From: an uncultured Verrucomicrobiae bacterium
GTDB lineage: Bacteria > Verrucomicrobiota > Verrucomicrobiia > Chthoniobacterales > JAFAMB01
Length of the DNA: 64,000 nt
NCBI GenBank assembly: GCA_963762565.1
Contig: CAVXLD010000009.1
Span: 125,257 to 189,256, forward strand
Direction: 5' to 3'
Shown: positions 1-9,166 of the stretch, piece by piece
Layout: every line of letters begins with the position of its first letter
Numbering within the stretch: the stretch's first letter is position 1
Position numbers and translations under genes: made by a program
The notes under the pieces: generated by a model
What the model was told of the DNA's origin: nothing
The model's input: only the letters and a program-made list of their open reading frames with translations
The model's database searches: none

Positions 1-1850
1 TCGCCGGACTGGATATTCCCTGCGATCTCAGCGGCTTAAGCGGTTCCAAGGAAAATCTGTCCCAGATCAGGCAGCCCTACTGGGACGCCGTGAACACGGA
101 TCAGATGAAGCGTTCCGATCGCGGGTATAAGTCACCGGAGAAAGCTAACCGGCCCGTTTACCATGGTGCATTTCAACATCCGCGAGACTATGAGGGCGCG
201 CTGGTCGATGGCTTCTGCCAGCTTTATCGGTTTCTGTGCGTCCGAAAGGAATCATTTATCAATTTCCTGCAAACGTTTTCGAACGCTCGAACGCGACTGA
301 TCTTCCGATCAACCCAAATGTACGGGTTGCTAGCGAAGCAATCGTTAAGAGCCGAAAACCTGACGGATGGAATTCTGCGGAGCTTGGTATTTGAAACCCT
401 CTATCGGCCGGCGCTTAAGGGTAATTATCTATCCAACTTTCTCAAGGCGATCCTGGATCGGGAGGTACGCTGTTTGGAAAACCTCGATATCCCGAGGTTC
501 TATATTCGCCTCGATTCGGACGCGCTGACGATCGATCACGGGCTTGAGATCCCGCATTTCCTTGTGGAATCACCCTTGGAAACAGTCAGGCAGCGAGTAC
601 TGGCGATGTCCTCAGAAATCGAAGAATATCATGTGGAAAATCTCCAGGAATCGCTCAGAAGGCAGCCCAGAATGGTTGGCCCGAGTCAGACCCGTGGCGA
701 GATCCTCGACCTCGCTGGCAACCTGGTTGCCGAGATTCTGCGTCGGAGCAGAAATGACCCTGCAAAAAATCTGTGGCCACTGCCAACCTTCGTGAAGGAG
801 CCTCTTCCCGAGCATGAACGTGACGGGCTCTATTTGGGAGATATCGGAGTCGCGATATTTCTGGCGGCTTGGGATTGCGCGGGAGGGACTTCCATTTCAA
901 AAGAACCGCTCGATACGTTGTTCTTGCGGTTGCAAGGTCGTCGATTCCCACAAAACATCCCTCTAGGCATTTGCAACGGGCTTGGTTCATACGCCTATGG
1001 TTGTCTAGTCCTGGCAAAGCTCACCAAGCAGACCCGGTGGCTCGAGCTTTCCGACCGGTTTGGGGAAGAGATTTCCGTCGGACGTCTGACATCAGAAGCG
1101 GACCCCGATATCGTCTACGGTTTGGCGGGAGCAATTGTTTGCCTGGTTCGGCTACACCAAGCGACGAAAGACCAGAGTTTCCTGGAACGGGCACAGCAAG
1201 GTTTGGACATCCTTAGCTCCAGATTTATACACGGAACAGGGTGGGTCCGACCGAACGGAGAAGCTTTGGTCGGTTTCGCCCATGGCTCTGCAGGGATCGC
1301 TTTTGCTGCCCTGACGTTGGCCGAGGCGTCAAAAGAGGAGCGGTGTTTAGCACTGGCAAGAGATGCTTTTGCACTAGATCGTGGATTTTACTCGGAATCG
1401 GAAAAAAATTGGATGTCCACTACTCAATGCGAGGGAAATGCGTTGCGAGCTTGGTGCAGCGGTTCGCCTGGCATGACGCTAGCAAGACTAACAGCTCGGC
1501 GTCTCATGGAAGATCCGGTCTTAGGCGCCGAAATCGAACGGACGTGGCGGAGCTTTCCCGATCTGCTCGGCCTCGATCACTGGTGCTGCGGCAATTTAGG
1601 ACTGGTAGAGCTTCTCTGGCATGCCGCCCGAAAACTCGACCGGGAAGACCTGCGCACGAAAGCCGACACTTTGCTTGGCAAAACTGTTCAGCGAGCGCTC
1701 AGGAGTGCGTTTTCTAGGTTCAATCCCGAGTTGGGCCACAACTTCTGTTTCCAACCCAGCCTGTTCCGCGGGTCCGCCGGTTTGGGTTATACGTTGCTGC
1801 GGTTTCTGCACCCCGATAAACTGCCTTGTATCCTCGCATTTGAGGTGTAG
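1..1850 (+). CDS. lanM: Class II lanthipeptide synthetase LanM, 5'-truncated by the window edge (end of the dehydratase domain plus the LanC-like cyclase domain)
   Basis: Frame is open from position 3 (DLSGL...WDAVNTDQM). Dehydratase motifs RLIFRSTQMY and E..CLENLDIPRF; cyclase motifs GLYLGDIG, GFAHGSAG, AWCSGSPG, HWCCGNLG, SLFRGSAGLGYTLLR. Confidence 0.92.
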   Translation, partial: AGLDIPCDLSGLSGSKENLSQIRQPYWDAVNTDQMKRSDRGYKSPEKANRPVYHGAFQHPRDYEGALVDGFCQLYRFLCVRKESFINFLQTFSNARTRLIFRSTQMYGLLAKQSLRAENLTDGILRSLVFETLYRPALKGNYLSNFLKAILDREVRCLENLDIPRFYIRLDSDALTIDHGLEIPHFLVESPLETVRQRVLAMSSEIEEYHVENLQESLRRQPRMVGPSQTRGEILDLAGNLVAEILRRSRNDPAKNLWPLPTFVKEPLPEHERDGLYLGDIGVAIFLAAWDCAGGTSISKEPLDTLFLRLQGRRFPQNIPLGICNGLGSYAYGCLVLAKLTKQTRWLELSDRFGEEISVGRLTSEADPDIVYGLAGAIVCLVRLHQATKDQSFLERAQQGLDILSSRFIHGTGWVRPNGEALVGFAHGSAGIAFAALTLAEASKEERCLALARDAFALDRGFYSESEKNWMSTTQCEGNALRAWCSGSPGMTLARLTARRLMEDPVLGAEIERTWRSFPDLLGLDHWCCGNLGLVELLWHAARKLDREDLRTKADTLLGKTVQRALRSAFSRFNPELGHNFCFQPSLFRGSAGLGYTLLRFLHPDKLPCILAFEV

Positions 1851-1963
1851 GAATCAATCGTTTTTCGGGCTGCTGCTCGCGCTCGTCGTCGTCCTCGTCC
1901 TCCGAGCAGAACCCAGTTAGTTTACGGGGCTGATCTAATCGAGCGCTGTGGCGGAGCCCACGA

Positions 1964-2198
1964 CTGGAGGGAGCCGCTTTGTAGCATTGAAGCTCCATCG
2001 GTTGGCAGACAGGCGGCTCCCGAGAACGTCTCCACGTGCCGCAGTTCTATCGCCGTCGTGTCTCTCCGCCGTACCAAACCAAATGCGATGGGAAATTGCT
2101 GCCGCTGGGCAATTCCCGGGAGCCGCTTGTCTACCCCGAAAACTTTCGGTGGCTGCCAACTTGCATAACTGCCAAGCTACAAAGCGGCTCCCCTCCAG
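1964..2198. repeat. Palindromic element family A, copy 1
   Basis: CTGGAGGGAGCCGCTTT...GGCGGCTCCCG / CCCGGGAGCCGC...AAAGCGGCTCCCCTCCAG. Confidence 0.85.
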
Positions 2199-2223
2199 GC
2201 CCTGGGCGCCAAACGAGCCCTCC

Positions 2224-3096
2224 ATGGAACTTATCTACACCCTACACCCCACACCGACGCCCGAAGAGCGGTATCGCATCGTTGATCCGCTGATCGCTTA
2301 CAACGAGGCACAGGCAGGGCCAAGAAACTCGAAGGAATTCGCTTTTTTTGTGCGTTCTGAAACAGGTGAGCTCGTCGGAGGGTTATTGGGCTCGACTCAC
2401 TTCAACCATTTCTTTGTCTCAGCGATTTTCATCGACCAGGAGTTTCGACGCGAAGGGATTGGGCGTGAACTGATCAGACGCGCAGCAGCTTTGGCGCTTG
2501 AGCGAGGGTGCGATATAATCTACCTGGACACCTTCGATTTCCAGGCACCCGGTTTCTACGAGAAACTCGGGTTCAAAGTTTTCGGGGCGCTGAACGACTA
2601 TCCGACGGGCCACCGACGTCTCTATTTCGTGAAACGACTTGGTGCAGGCGGCGAGGCCCAAGGACGCACTACAAAACTGAACTTCACCCTTCAACCCCAG
2701 CCAACGCCGGACGAAAAAAAGCGCATCATTGATCCCTTGGTCGCTTACAACGAAGCGCAAGTAGGGCCTGAGGACTGGAGGGAATTCGCGTTGTCTGTAC
2801 GCTCAGAGACCGGCGAGCCCGTTGCTGGGCTGTTAGGCTTTACACACTGGAACCATTTCTTTGTGGCAGCCCTGTACGTCGAGCAACTATTCCGGAAAGA
2901 AGGGATCGGGTGTGAATTGATGAAACGCTCAGAAGCCTTGGCGCTTGAGCAAGGCTGCGATGTAGTCTATCTGGACACCTTCGATTATCAGGCGCCCGAG
3001 TTCTATGAAAAACTCGGGTTTAAAGTTTTCGGCAGATTGGAAGACTATCCGCCCGGCCACCGACGTTTTTATCTAGTGAAACGGCTTGGGAGGTAG
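2224..3096 (+). CDS. Tandem two-domain GNAT family N-acetyltransferase
   Basis: Two near-identical halves, each with R(R/K)EGIG.EL and IYLDTFD(F/Y)QAP.FYEKLGF. ATG at 2224 chosen because the longer ORF start lies within a repeat. Confidence 0.9.
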   Translation: MELIYTLHPTPTPEERYRIVDPLIAYNEAQAGPRNSKEFAFFVRSETGELVGGLLGSTHFNHFFVSAIFIDQEFRREGIGRELIRRAAALALERGCDIIYLDTFDFQAPGFYEKLGFKVFGALNDYPTGHRRLYFVKRLGAGGEAQGRTTKLNFTLQPQPTPDEKKRIIDPLVAYNEAQVGPEDWREFALSVRSETGEPVAGLLGFTHWNHFFVAALYVEQLFRKEGIGCELMKRSEALALEQGCDVVYLDTFDYQAPEFYEKLGFKVFGRLEDYPPGHRRFYLVKRLGR

Positions 3097-3222
3097 CAGC
3101 GTCAAATCCTCGGATCGGCGCGACAGAGAGCGTAGACAACGAACAGCCCGTACCAACCATTTCGCCCCTGCTCACCACGGCCTCGCAAGCGAGGCAGCGC
3201 TCCACGGTCCCCGGCCTGCGCC

Positions 3223-3591
3223 CTACTGCCTCGCGGAAACGACCTTGTTACCGTGTCCCATGGTTTCGACTTTTGGCTCCGCTCCATTCAGTCCCCGACG
3301 ATAGGTCAACAAGTTATTGTGGCCCGAGGCAACAATCTCGCCGACCGCATCCAGCACGACTTTATTATCGTGCCCGAGAATCTGGACCTTCGAACATTCT
3401 CCAGTGATGGTGATTTCGTCATCGTTACCAACGATCACGAAATCTTTGCCGCCGCCTTTATATTTTAGCTTCTGCTGAGTTCCAACGATCTCCTCTACGT
3501 TGCCGGATCTACCGGTTGCCAGGTTTTGCCCCAGAACCAAAGGAGCCGAACAGGCAATCATTGCCAAGACAAACCAGGAAAGGGTTTTCAT
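3223..3591 (-). CDS. Secreted DUF3060-like beta-solenoid protein, copy 1
   Basis: Signal-peptide-like N-terminus; repeats IVGNDDEITITGECSKVQILGHDNKVVLDAVGEIVASGHNN. Confidence 0.75.
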   Translation of the reverse strand: MKTLSWFVLAMIACSAPLVLGQNLATGRSGNVEEIVGTQQKLKYKGGGKDFVIVGNDDEITITGECSKVQILGHDNKVVLDAVGEIVASGHNNLLTYRRGLNGAEPKVETMGHGNKVVSARQ

Positions 3592-3615
3592 GCGGTTTGG
3601 ACTTCTTGCGTTTCT

Positions 3616-4806
3616 CTAGCTCTTCGGTGACGGCGATGGCGCGTGTGCCGTTACCAGACCTTCCAGCACAAGGCGCTTTGCCAGAGTGAGCTTTCCTTCT
3701 CCATCCAAAGGCCCGGGAATCTGCGAGACCTGTACGATGTCATGGCTGAAAATGTAATCCAGCGATTGCCGGGTGGGTTCTGGAAACAGAATCTCGTTGT
3801 TCGAGCAGGTAATGCTGACACCGTCGGCCGTGTTGTCGAATCGGAAAATCAAATCTGGTCGTTTTTTGATGATACTTCCCGTCCCAAGGCGATCAATTTC
3901 GATCACGTTGAAAAGCTGGTCTCGGGTTTCTGGACCCTGGTTACGAATCAGCTCGTTTGCGAAGCCGTTTAAGGTCGATTCGAAATCAATTTTATCTGGC
4001 AAGGCGTCCAGCAGCTTCCGGAGCTCGTTCTTGGCCTGGCTGACGTCGAAACCGGGGTTGGCAAAACCGACAGGTAGCGAGCGGCGGAAGGAGACATCCT
4101 TAAGGCACGCTAAGGCCAGGGCTTCGAACAAGAAATCCGACCAAGTGATCGAGTTGGCGCCCAGGGTAATGTGCAAAGAAGTAGACTCATCCGAAATCGC
4201 TTCATGATACAACCCTCTGGGCATGTAAAGAAGGTCTCCCTGCTGGAGAACGAACTTATCGGAAAGCGCTCCAGGTTCCTGCTTGTAGGCACTGTAACCG
4301 CGCCCACGTGCCGGCAATTCGACTGGTGCATCATAGATTCTCCAATTCTTGGAGCCGGCAATTTGAAGAATAAAAACGTCATGCGTGTCGTAGTGAAGCC
4401 TGAAGCCCTGGGACCTCGGGGGAGTTAAGTAAAGGTTCGTTTGAAACGGGATGCTAGTTTCTGCGGTCAACGATCGACACAGCGCCGTCAGTTTTGGGAG
4501 TTTGCGCTGCATGTTCGACAGAACGATTGAGGTTCCCTTAGAAAACAATTTAAAAACTGCGACCGGATCTATGGCGCCGTCCGCAAAGGTAAATTCTGCA
4601 GCGCTGGTTACCTTCTCTCCGGTAGCCAGACTGATGTCTGGGTAGCGGGCACCCATCTCCGTGAGAGCGCGGTCAACATCGTCAAGGGAAAGGAGTTCCC
4701 GGTAGGTGTCCGGGGATTGGCGCGAAAGGACTAGATGCTTCTTTTCCCAGTAAGAAGAATAGAACTCTTGCGTCGTGAGTGGCTGGATCAGCTCAGCGAG
4801 TTTCAT
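3616..4806 (-). CDS. JmjC/cupin 2-oxoglutarate-Fe(II) oxygenase (RoxA/NO66-like) with winged-helix C-terminus
   Basis: NLYLTPP..QGF.LHYDTHDVFILQIAGSKNW (HxD), LQQGDLLYMPRGLYHEA (distal His), C-terminal LAKRLVLEGLV. Confidence 0.88.
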   Translation of the reverse strand: MKLAELIQPLTTQEFYSSYWEKKHLVLSRQSPDTYRELLSLDDVDRALTEMGARYPDISLATGEKVTSAAEFTFADGAIDPVAVFKLFSKGTSIVLSNMQRKLPKLTALCRSLTAETSIPFQTNLYLTPPRSQGFRLHYDTHDVFILQIAGSKNWRIYDAPVELPARGRGYSAYKQEPGALSDKFVLQQGDLLYMPRGLYHEAISDESTSLHITLGANSITWSDFLFEALALACLKDVSFRRSLPVGFANPGFDVSQAKNELRKLLDALPDKIDFESTLNGFANELIRNQGPETRDQLFNVIEIDRLGTGSIIKKRPDLIFRFDNTADGVSITCSNNEILFPEPTRQSLDYIFSHDIVQVSQIPGPLDGEGKLTLAKRLVLEGLVTAHAPSPSPKS

Positions 4807-4881
4807 ATGTTTTTCAACCGCTTTGGCAGATATCGAAGTGTTGATCTGTGATGATGGTCTAAAGGTCCCATCGAGTCGCCG

Positions 4882-5079
4882 TTATCGGGCGTCCGATCGT
4901 TTGTTTGTGGGTTTAGCGGGTAATCCTCGCAAAACGCCGCCAGCTCCCAAAAAAAGAATATCGAGCGAGAGTAGGGGTAGCGTGCGGCGAGTAAGACGCG
5001 TCGTTTTGATATCCTGATCCTGGAGTTTCCACGCAATCCCTTGACCTGGGGTTTGCTCCGGAGGTTGCCCGTCACTCAT
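4882..5079 (-). CDS. Short hypothetical peptide (65 aa) upstream of the JmjC gene; candidate precursor or Tat-like peptide, possibly frameshifted
   Basis: ATG at 5079 gives MSDGQPPEQTPGQGIAWKLQDQDIKTTRLTRRTLPLLSLDILFLGAGGVLRG...; twin-Arg followed by a hydrophobic stretch; co-directional with the JmjC gene. Confidence 0.4.
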   Translation of the reverse strand: MSDGQPPEQTPGQGIAWKLQDQDIKTTRLTRRTLPLLSLDILFLGAGGVLRGLPAKPTNKRSDAR

Positions 5080-5253
5080 ATGGTTCTTTGGGGAGAATTT
5101 TTTTAACAAGGGCGTCGCGCAGCGGTCAAGATTAAAAGGCTTCTCCTTGACGCCCCTGATCGACCGCGCCAAAAACCAGGAAGCGGGCGGCCGTAGCGGC
5201 CGCCCCGCTCTCTTGCTATTTGCTAATTCCTATTCGCGAAGCGTTGTTCCGGA

Positions 5254-7146
5254 ATGGCGGCGCGGACGGTCAAGATTCATCGGCGGGACGAAATTCCGGT
5301 CAGTGATACTTGGGACCTGGGGCAGCTGTTTCCGGTAGAGGAAGATTATCAGCGGGTCCTAAATGGAGTGCGCGCCAGATACCTGCGGTATTCTGAGTAC
5401 AAAGGGCATCTCGGCGGGTCGGCGGTGGGGTTGGCCGACTATTTGGAATTCGATGCATCGATTGATCGGGACCTGGAAAAGCTGACGCATTATGCTTCGC
5501 TAAAAAAAGCGGAGGATGGGTCCGAACCAGCGAATGTCGCTCGTTGGGCAGAATTACGGAATCTTGGGACCCGGGTCGCCGAATCCAGAGCTTTTGCGGC
5601 GCCCGAAATTCAACGCCTGACCGAAGATCAATTTGCGGAATTGATCAGTGATCCGATCCTAGAGCCCTGGCAGATTTATCTGGAACGGATACGGCGTTAT
5701 TTATCCTACACGCTGCCAGCCGGTGAAGAACGGTTACTCTCGCTCGCTGGTCCCGCTCTTTCCGGCTATAAAGAGATTTTTTCTCAACTGACCAATTTAG
5801 ATATGAAGTTTGGCCGGTTGACGACGAACCATGGGGAAAGAATCGAGTTAACTCTTGGGTTAGCCGATTCACTTCTGGCTAACCAGGATCAGGGAACGCG
5901 CCGGCGGGCATTTCATAAACTTTATCGTCAAATTGAGAATCACCGGTTTACTTTGGCTAGCGCTCTGGCGGCCTCCGTGCGGGTTGACGTCTATTATGCT
6001 CGCAGCCGCAGGTATTCCTCGGCGCTGGCTGCTGCTCTATTCCAGGATAACATACCGGTAGCCGTCTACGATAATCTGGTGGCATCGGTCCGTAGCAATC
6101 TTCCACTGGTTCACCAGTACTATGCCTTGCGCCGACAGACGTTCGCCAGGGCTAAGCTTTACTATCATGACACGTTCGTCAGGATCGCACCGGACATCTA
6201 TGTTCATACCCAATTCGATGAAGCGATCGATCTGGTATGCGAAGCCTTGGCTCCGTTAGGGAAGGAGTACGTCCAAGGGTTACGAAATGGTTTTAATGCT
6301 CGCTGGGTTGATCGGTATGAGACCCCGGGCAAACGGACGGGATCGTTCTCGTCATCGAGTTATCGTAATCCGCCGTTTATGCTGTTCAATTATCGGACGG
6401 CTACAATCTCAAGCGTGTTCGCAGTTGCCCACGAAGCCGGTCACTCGATGCATACCTGGCTCTCGCAGAGTAGTCAGCCGTTCCGCTACTATAAACCGCC
6501 GGCTCTTCTGGCGGAAGTTGCCGCCATGGTCAACGAAGAATTGTTGACCGATTTTTGGTTGAACCGGACCACCGAACCTAATATCCGGGCTTTTCTGATT
6601 GACCGCAGTCTGGAACGACTGCGTTCGGTGTTGGTCCATCAAACCATGTTCGCAGAGTTTGAACGCACAATTCATGAGACCGAGGAATCAGGCAGTGGAC
6701 TTACTTTGGAGTTTTTTCGCCAGACCTATGGCGGGTTGCTGAAGGAATATCTGGGCTCAGAGATCACGATCGATCCGGAGCTGGAATTGGAGTGTTTACG
6801 GATTCCGCATTTTTATTCGGCCTTTTACGTTTATCGGTATGCGCTCGGGATTTCAGCCGCGACGATGCTGGCAACGAAGATCAAGAACGGAGAAGCGGAA
6901 TGTCGGTGCCGGTATCTAGAGCTGTTGCGAGCAGGCCGGACTAAGTTTCCGATCGACGCATTGCTGGATGTCGAGGTTGATCTACGAAGTCCCGAGCCGG
7001 TAGCGCATACGATGGACGTTTTTGCTAAGCGGCTAGGTCAGCTGCGACAGCTCGTGGCCGGGTTCGAAAAATCTCCCACAGCGCAGCGCCCGCGGAACGC
7101 GATCAAGGCTGTAAACTCCAAAGGAATTGTGAATCCCTGCGCTTGA
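5254..7146 (+). CDS. pepF: Oligoendopeptidase F (peptidase M3B), divergent paralogue 1
   Basis: R.EIP..DTWDL N-terminus, HEAGHSMH zinc motif, AEVA...NE, QTMFAEFE, RIPHFY.AFYVY.YA. Confidence 0.92.
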   Translation: MAARTVKIHRRDEIPVSDTWDLGQLFPVEEDYQRVLNGVRARYLRYSEYKGHLGGSAVGLADYLEFDASIDRDLEKLTHYASLKKAEDGSEPANVARWAELRNLGTRVAESRAFAAPEIQRLTEDQFAELISDPILEPWQIYLERIRRYLSYTLPAGEERLLSLAGPALSGYKEIFSQLTNLDMKFGRLTTNHGERIELTLGLADSLLANQDQGTRRRAFHKLYRQIENHRFTLASALAASVRVDVYYARSRRYSSALAAALFQDNIPVAVYDNLVASVRSNLPLVHQYYALRRQTFARAKLYYHDTFVRIAPDIYVHTQFDEAIDLVCEALAPLGKEYVQGLRNGFNARWVDRYETPGKRTGSFSSSSYRNPPFMLFNYRTATISSVFAVAHEAGHSMHTWLSQSSQPFRYYKPPALLAEVAAMVNEELLTDFWLNRTTEPNIRAFLIDRSLERLRSVLVHQTMFAEFERTIHETEESGSGLTLEFFRQTYGGLLKEYLGSEITIDPELELECLRIPHFYSAFYVYRYALGISAATMLATKIKNGEAECRCRYLELLRAGRTKFPIDALLDVEVDLRSPEPVAHTMDVFAKRLGQLRQLVAGFEKSPTAQRPRNAIKAVNSKGIVNPCA

Positions 7147-8302
7147 CGAGCCATTGATTATCGCTTGCCCGCACCTGCGCGCCGATAGGATAAACTTTGA
7201 GATCAAGAGAGGCGGCCGAAGGCATGCCTATTTCGACCCAGTGGTGTAGCCGTTCCAGCAACCGTTCTTCGGCTTTATGATTGCCGTACGTGATCAGCCA
7301 ATCGTCTCGTGCAATTACCAGTGAGCCGCTGGCCGCGTCCCACAACCCGAAATAATGATGCTCGGTTGAGTCTTCGAGTTTCGGGGTTTTGAATGCACGA
7401 AATGCCGACTCAGTTATGCCTAGAAAGGAGCGGATGCCAACTGTAGACCAAATTCGAGTGGTTTCTCCTTTGGCACCCCACCAGAAGCGTCTCTTACTGA
7501 TCTCCCTATTCTGAAGCTGGCTCCACTCCGGTATTGCTCTGTCTAGCGTATTCGGCTCCAGATCATCGAATTGATATGAGCCCCTAAGTTGCACAAATCC
7601 GCACCGCGTCGACCACAAGGATTCGAAGTGATCCTCCGTTTTCCGCAGTAGAAACAAGTGGTCTCCGCCGCCTTCCGTCTTAATAACCACAAGCAAGAGC
7701 CCCTGATCTCGGAGCTGTTCGTAAAAATAGCGCGGCAAATCGAAGGTTCCGGCCGTAAAGACTGCACGGTCGTATGGAGCCGAATTGTGGCATCCTTGTG
7801 CCCCGTCACCGATGAGAATCTGGACGTTTGCGATTCCAAATGAGGCGATATTTTGGACCGCATTCTGCGCTAGTTCAGGAATGATCTCGACGCTAACGAC
7901 GTGCCCTTTCTGGCCAACAATCCGTCCCATTAGAGCGGCGCTCCATCCACTGCCCGCGCCCAGCTCGAGAACTCTGTCTCCTACCTTTAGTTCCAACAGG
8001 TCGAGCATTCTGAGAACTAAAGAGGGTTGTGAAATCGTCGAGAGAATATTTTGGTCGTCGTTTCCAAACAGAATAAGCGGGCGGTCTGCGTACAGTGTTG
8101 CGATGTGCTCCGCCAAACTCTCTGGCTCGACCACCTGCCATTCTTTGGTGCCCCATTCGCGATAGCGTCTGACAAAGCAATGCCGAGGAGTCGCAAGGTA
8201 CGCCTGCTTGGTTGCTTCGCTAATCGGGGTGTCTCGATAGAGACTCTGCGTCTGCTCCAAAAGTTGTTTCTGGTATTTCTCGATATTCTCCACCCGGCGC
8301 AC
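7103..8302 (-). CDS. Protein-L-isoaspartate O-methyltransferase-like protein with long C-terminal extension (RiPP-type, WxxxGxP motif)
   Basis: PRHCFV, STISQPSLVLRMLDLL, VLELGAGSGWSAAL SAM motif, GDG..G....APYDR; ~170 extra C-terminal residues containing WVEIGMP. Confidence 0.88.
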   Translation of the reverse strand: MRRVENIEKYQKQLLEQTQSLYRDTPISEATKQAYLATPRHCFVRRYREWGTKEWQVVEPESLAEHIATLYADRPLILFGNDDQNILSTISQPSLVLRMLDLLELKVGDRVLELGAGSGWSAALMGRIVGQKGHVVSVEIIPELAQNAVQNIASFGIANVQILIGDGAQGCHNSAPYDRAVFTAGTFDLPRYFYEQLRDQGLLLVVIKTEGGGDHLFLLRKTEDHFESLWSTRCGFVQLRGSYQFDDLEPNTLDRAIPEWSQLQNREISKRRFWWGAKGETTRIWSTVGIRSFLGITESAFRAFKTPKLEDSTEHHYFGLWDAASGSLVIARDDWLITYGNHKAEERLLERLHHWVEIGMPSAASLDLKVYPIGAQVRASDNQWLVKRRDSQFLWSLQP

Positions 8303-8674
8303 CTATTCCTTAGCGGGAACGACCTGGTTGTTTTCGCCCGCGGTCTCTATCTTCGGACGCGCACCGTTCAGGCCTTGACGATAGGTAACTACATTGTCGT
8401 TCCCGACCAGCTGGATAATGCCAACGGCGTCCAAGGTGATCTTATTGTTGTGGCCTAGGATCTCTACTTTGGAACAGTCACCGGTGATGGTGATTTGATC
8501 GCTATTGCCGGTGATCTCGAAATGTCTGCCTTCACCTTTATAATCTAATTTTTCGCCCGAGGTGATCACTTCCACCTGACCTGCCGGGCCTGCGCCAGCG
8601 TTATGTCCGAAGAGAAGCGGGGCCGAAGCAATGGTTGCTAACATCAAACGAAACAAGGCCGATCTGTTTTTCAT
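8303..8674 (-). CDS. Secreted DUF3060-like protein, copy 2
   Basis: Clear paralogue of 3223-3591 (ITITGDCSKVEILGHNNKITLDAVG...YRQGLNGARPKIET); its stop abuts the PIMT start. Confidence 0.75.
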   Translation of the reverse strand: MKNRSALFRLMLATIASAPLLFGHNAGAGPAGQVEVITSGEKLDYKGEGRHFEITGNSDQITITGDCSKVEILGHNNKITLDAVGIIQLVGNDNVVTYRQGLNGARPKIETAGENNQVVPAKE

Positions 8675-8895
8675 AGAATGATCCTGAACCGCAATACACG
8701 GTCTAACTGCTCCAAGTTTTAGCTAACTACATGTGGTGAAAATCATTTTCGCGATTTCGCTGAATGATTCCCTGTCGAGTTTTATGAAAGCCGGCCGCGA
8801 GGAGCCGAATTTCATTACGGGTTCTATACAATGAATGGCAAACAACAGAAAAGAACAATTGGTCGGGTTTTTTGTGTGATGGGGTTGGGGGACAG

Positions 8896-9145
8896 CTGGA
8901 GGGGAGCCGCTTTGGCGTTTGCCTCACCACCCGGTGCATTTATTCGAAGGTGAAGTGCGGCGGCAAACGGTGGTAAACAAGCGGCTCCCGGGAACTATCC
9001 AGCGTCCGCCATCTGCTTCGCCGCCCACGGTATGAAAAACCCTTGATACGGACGCCATGGGCAAATGCGCCGCGCTGGGTCCTTCCCGGGAGCCGCCTGC
9101 CAGCATCCGATAGAACTGCCGGCCTACAAAGCGGCTCCCCTCCAG
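8896..9145. repeat. Family A, copy 2
   Basis: Same four GGAGCCGC/GCGGCTCC arms. Confidence 0.85.
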
Positions 9146-9166
9146 GCGCTTGCGCACCCGTTCTCC

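Noticed and set aside
1948..2223. N-terminal extensions of GNAT and similarly larC, the peptidase S11 gene, folP, glmM, bioD, rplU and the S1/P1 nuclease in the ORF track
   Set aside because: They are translations of intergenic repeats; conserved domains begin at downstream starts.
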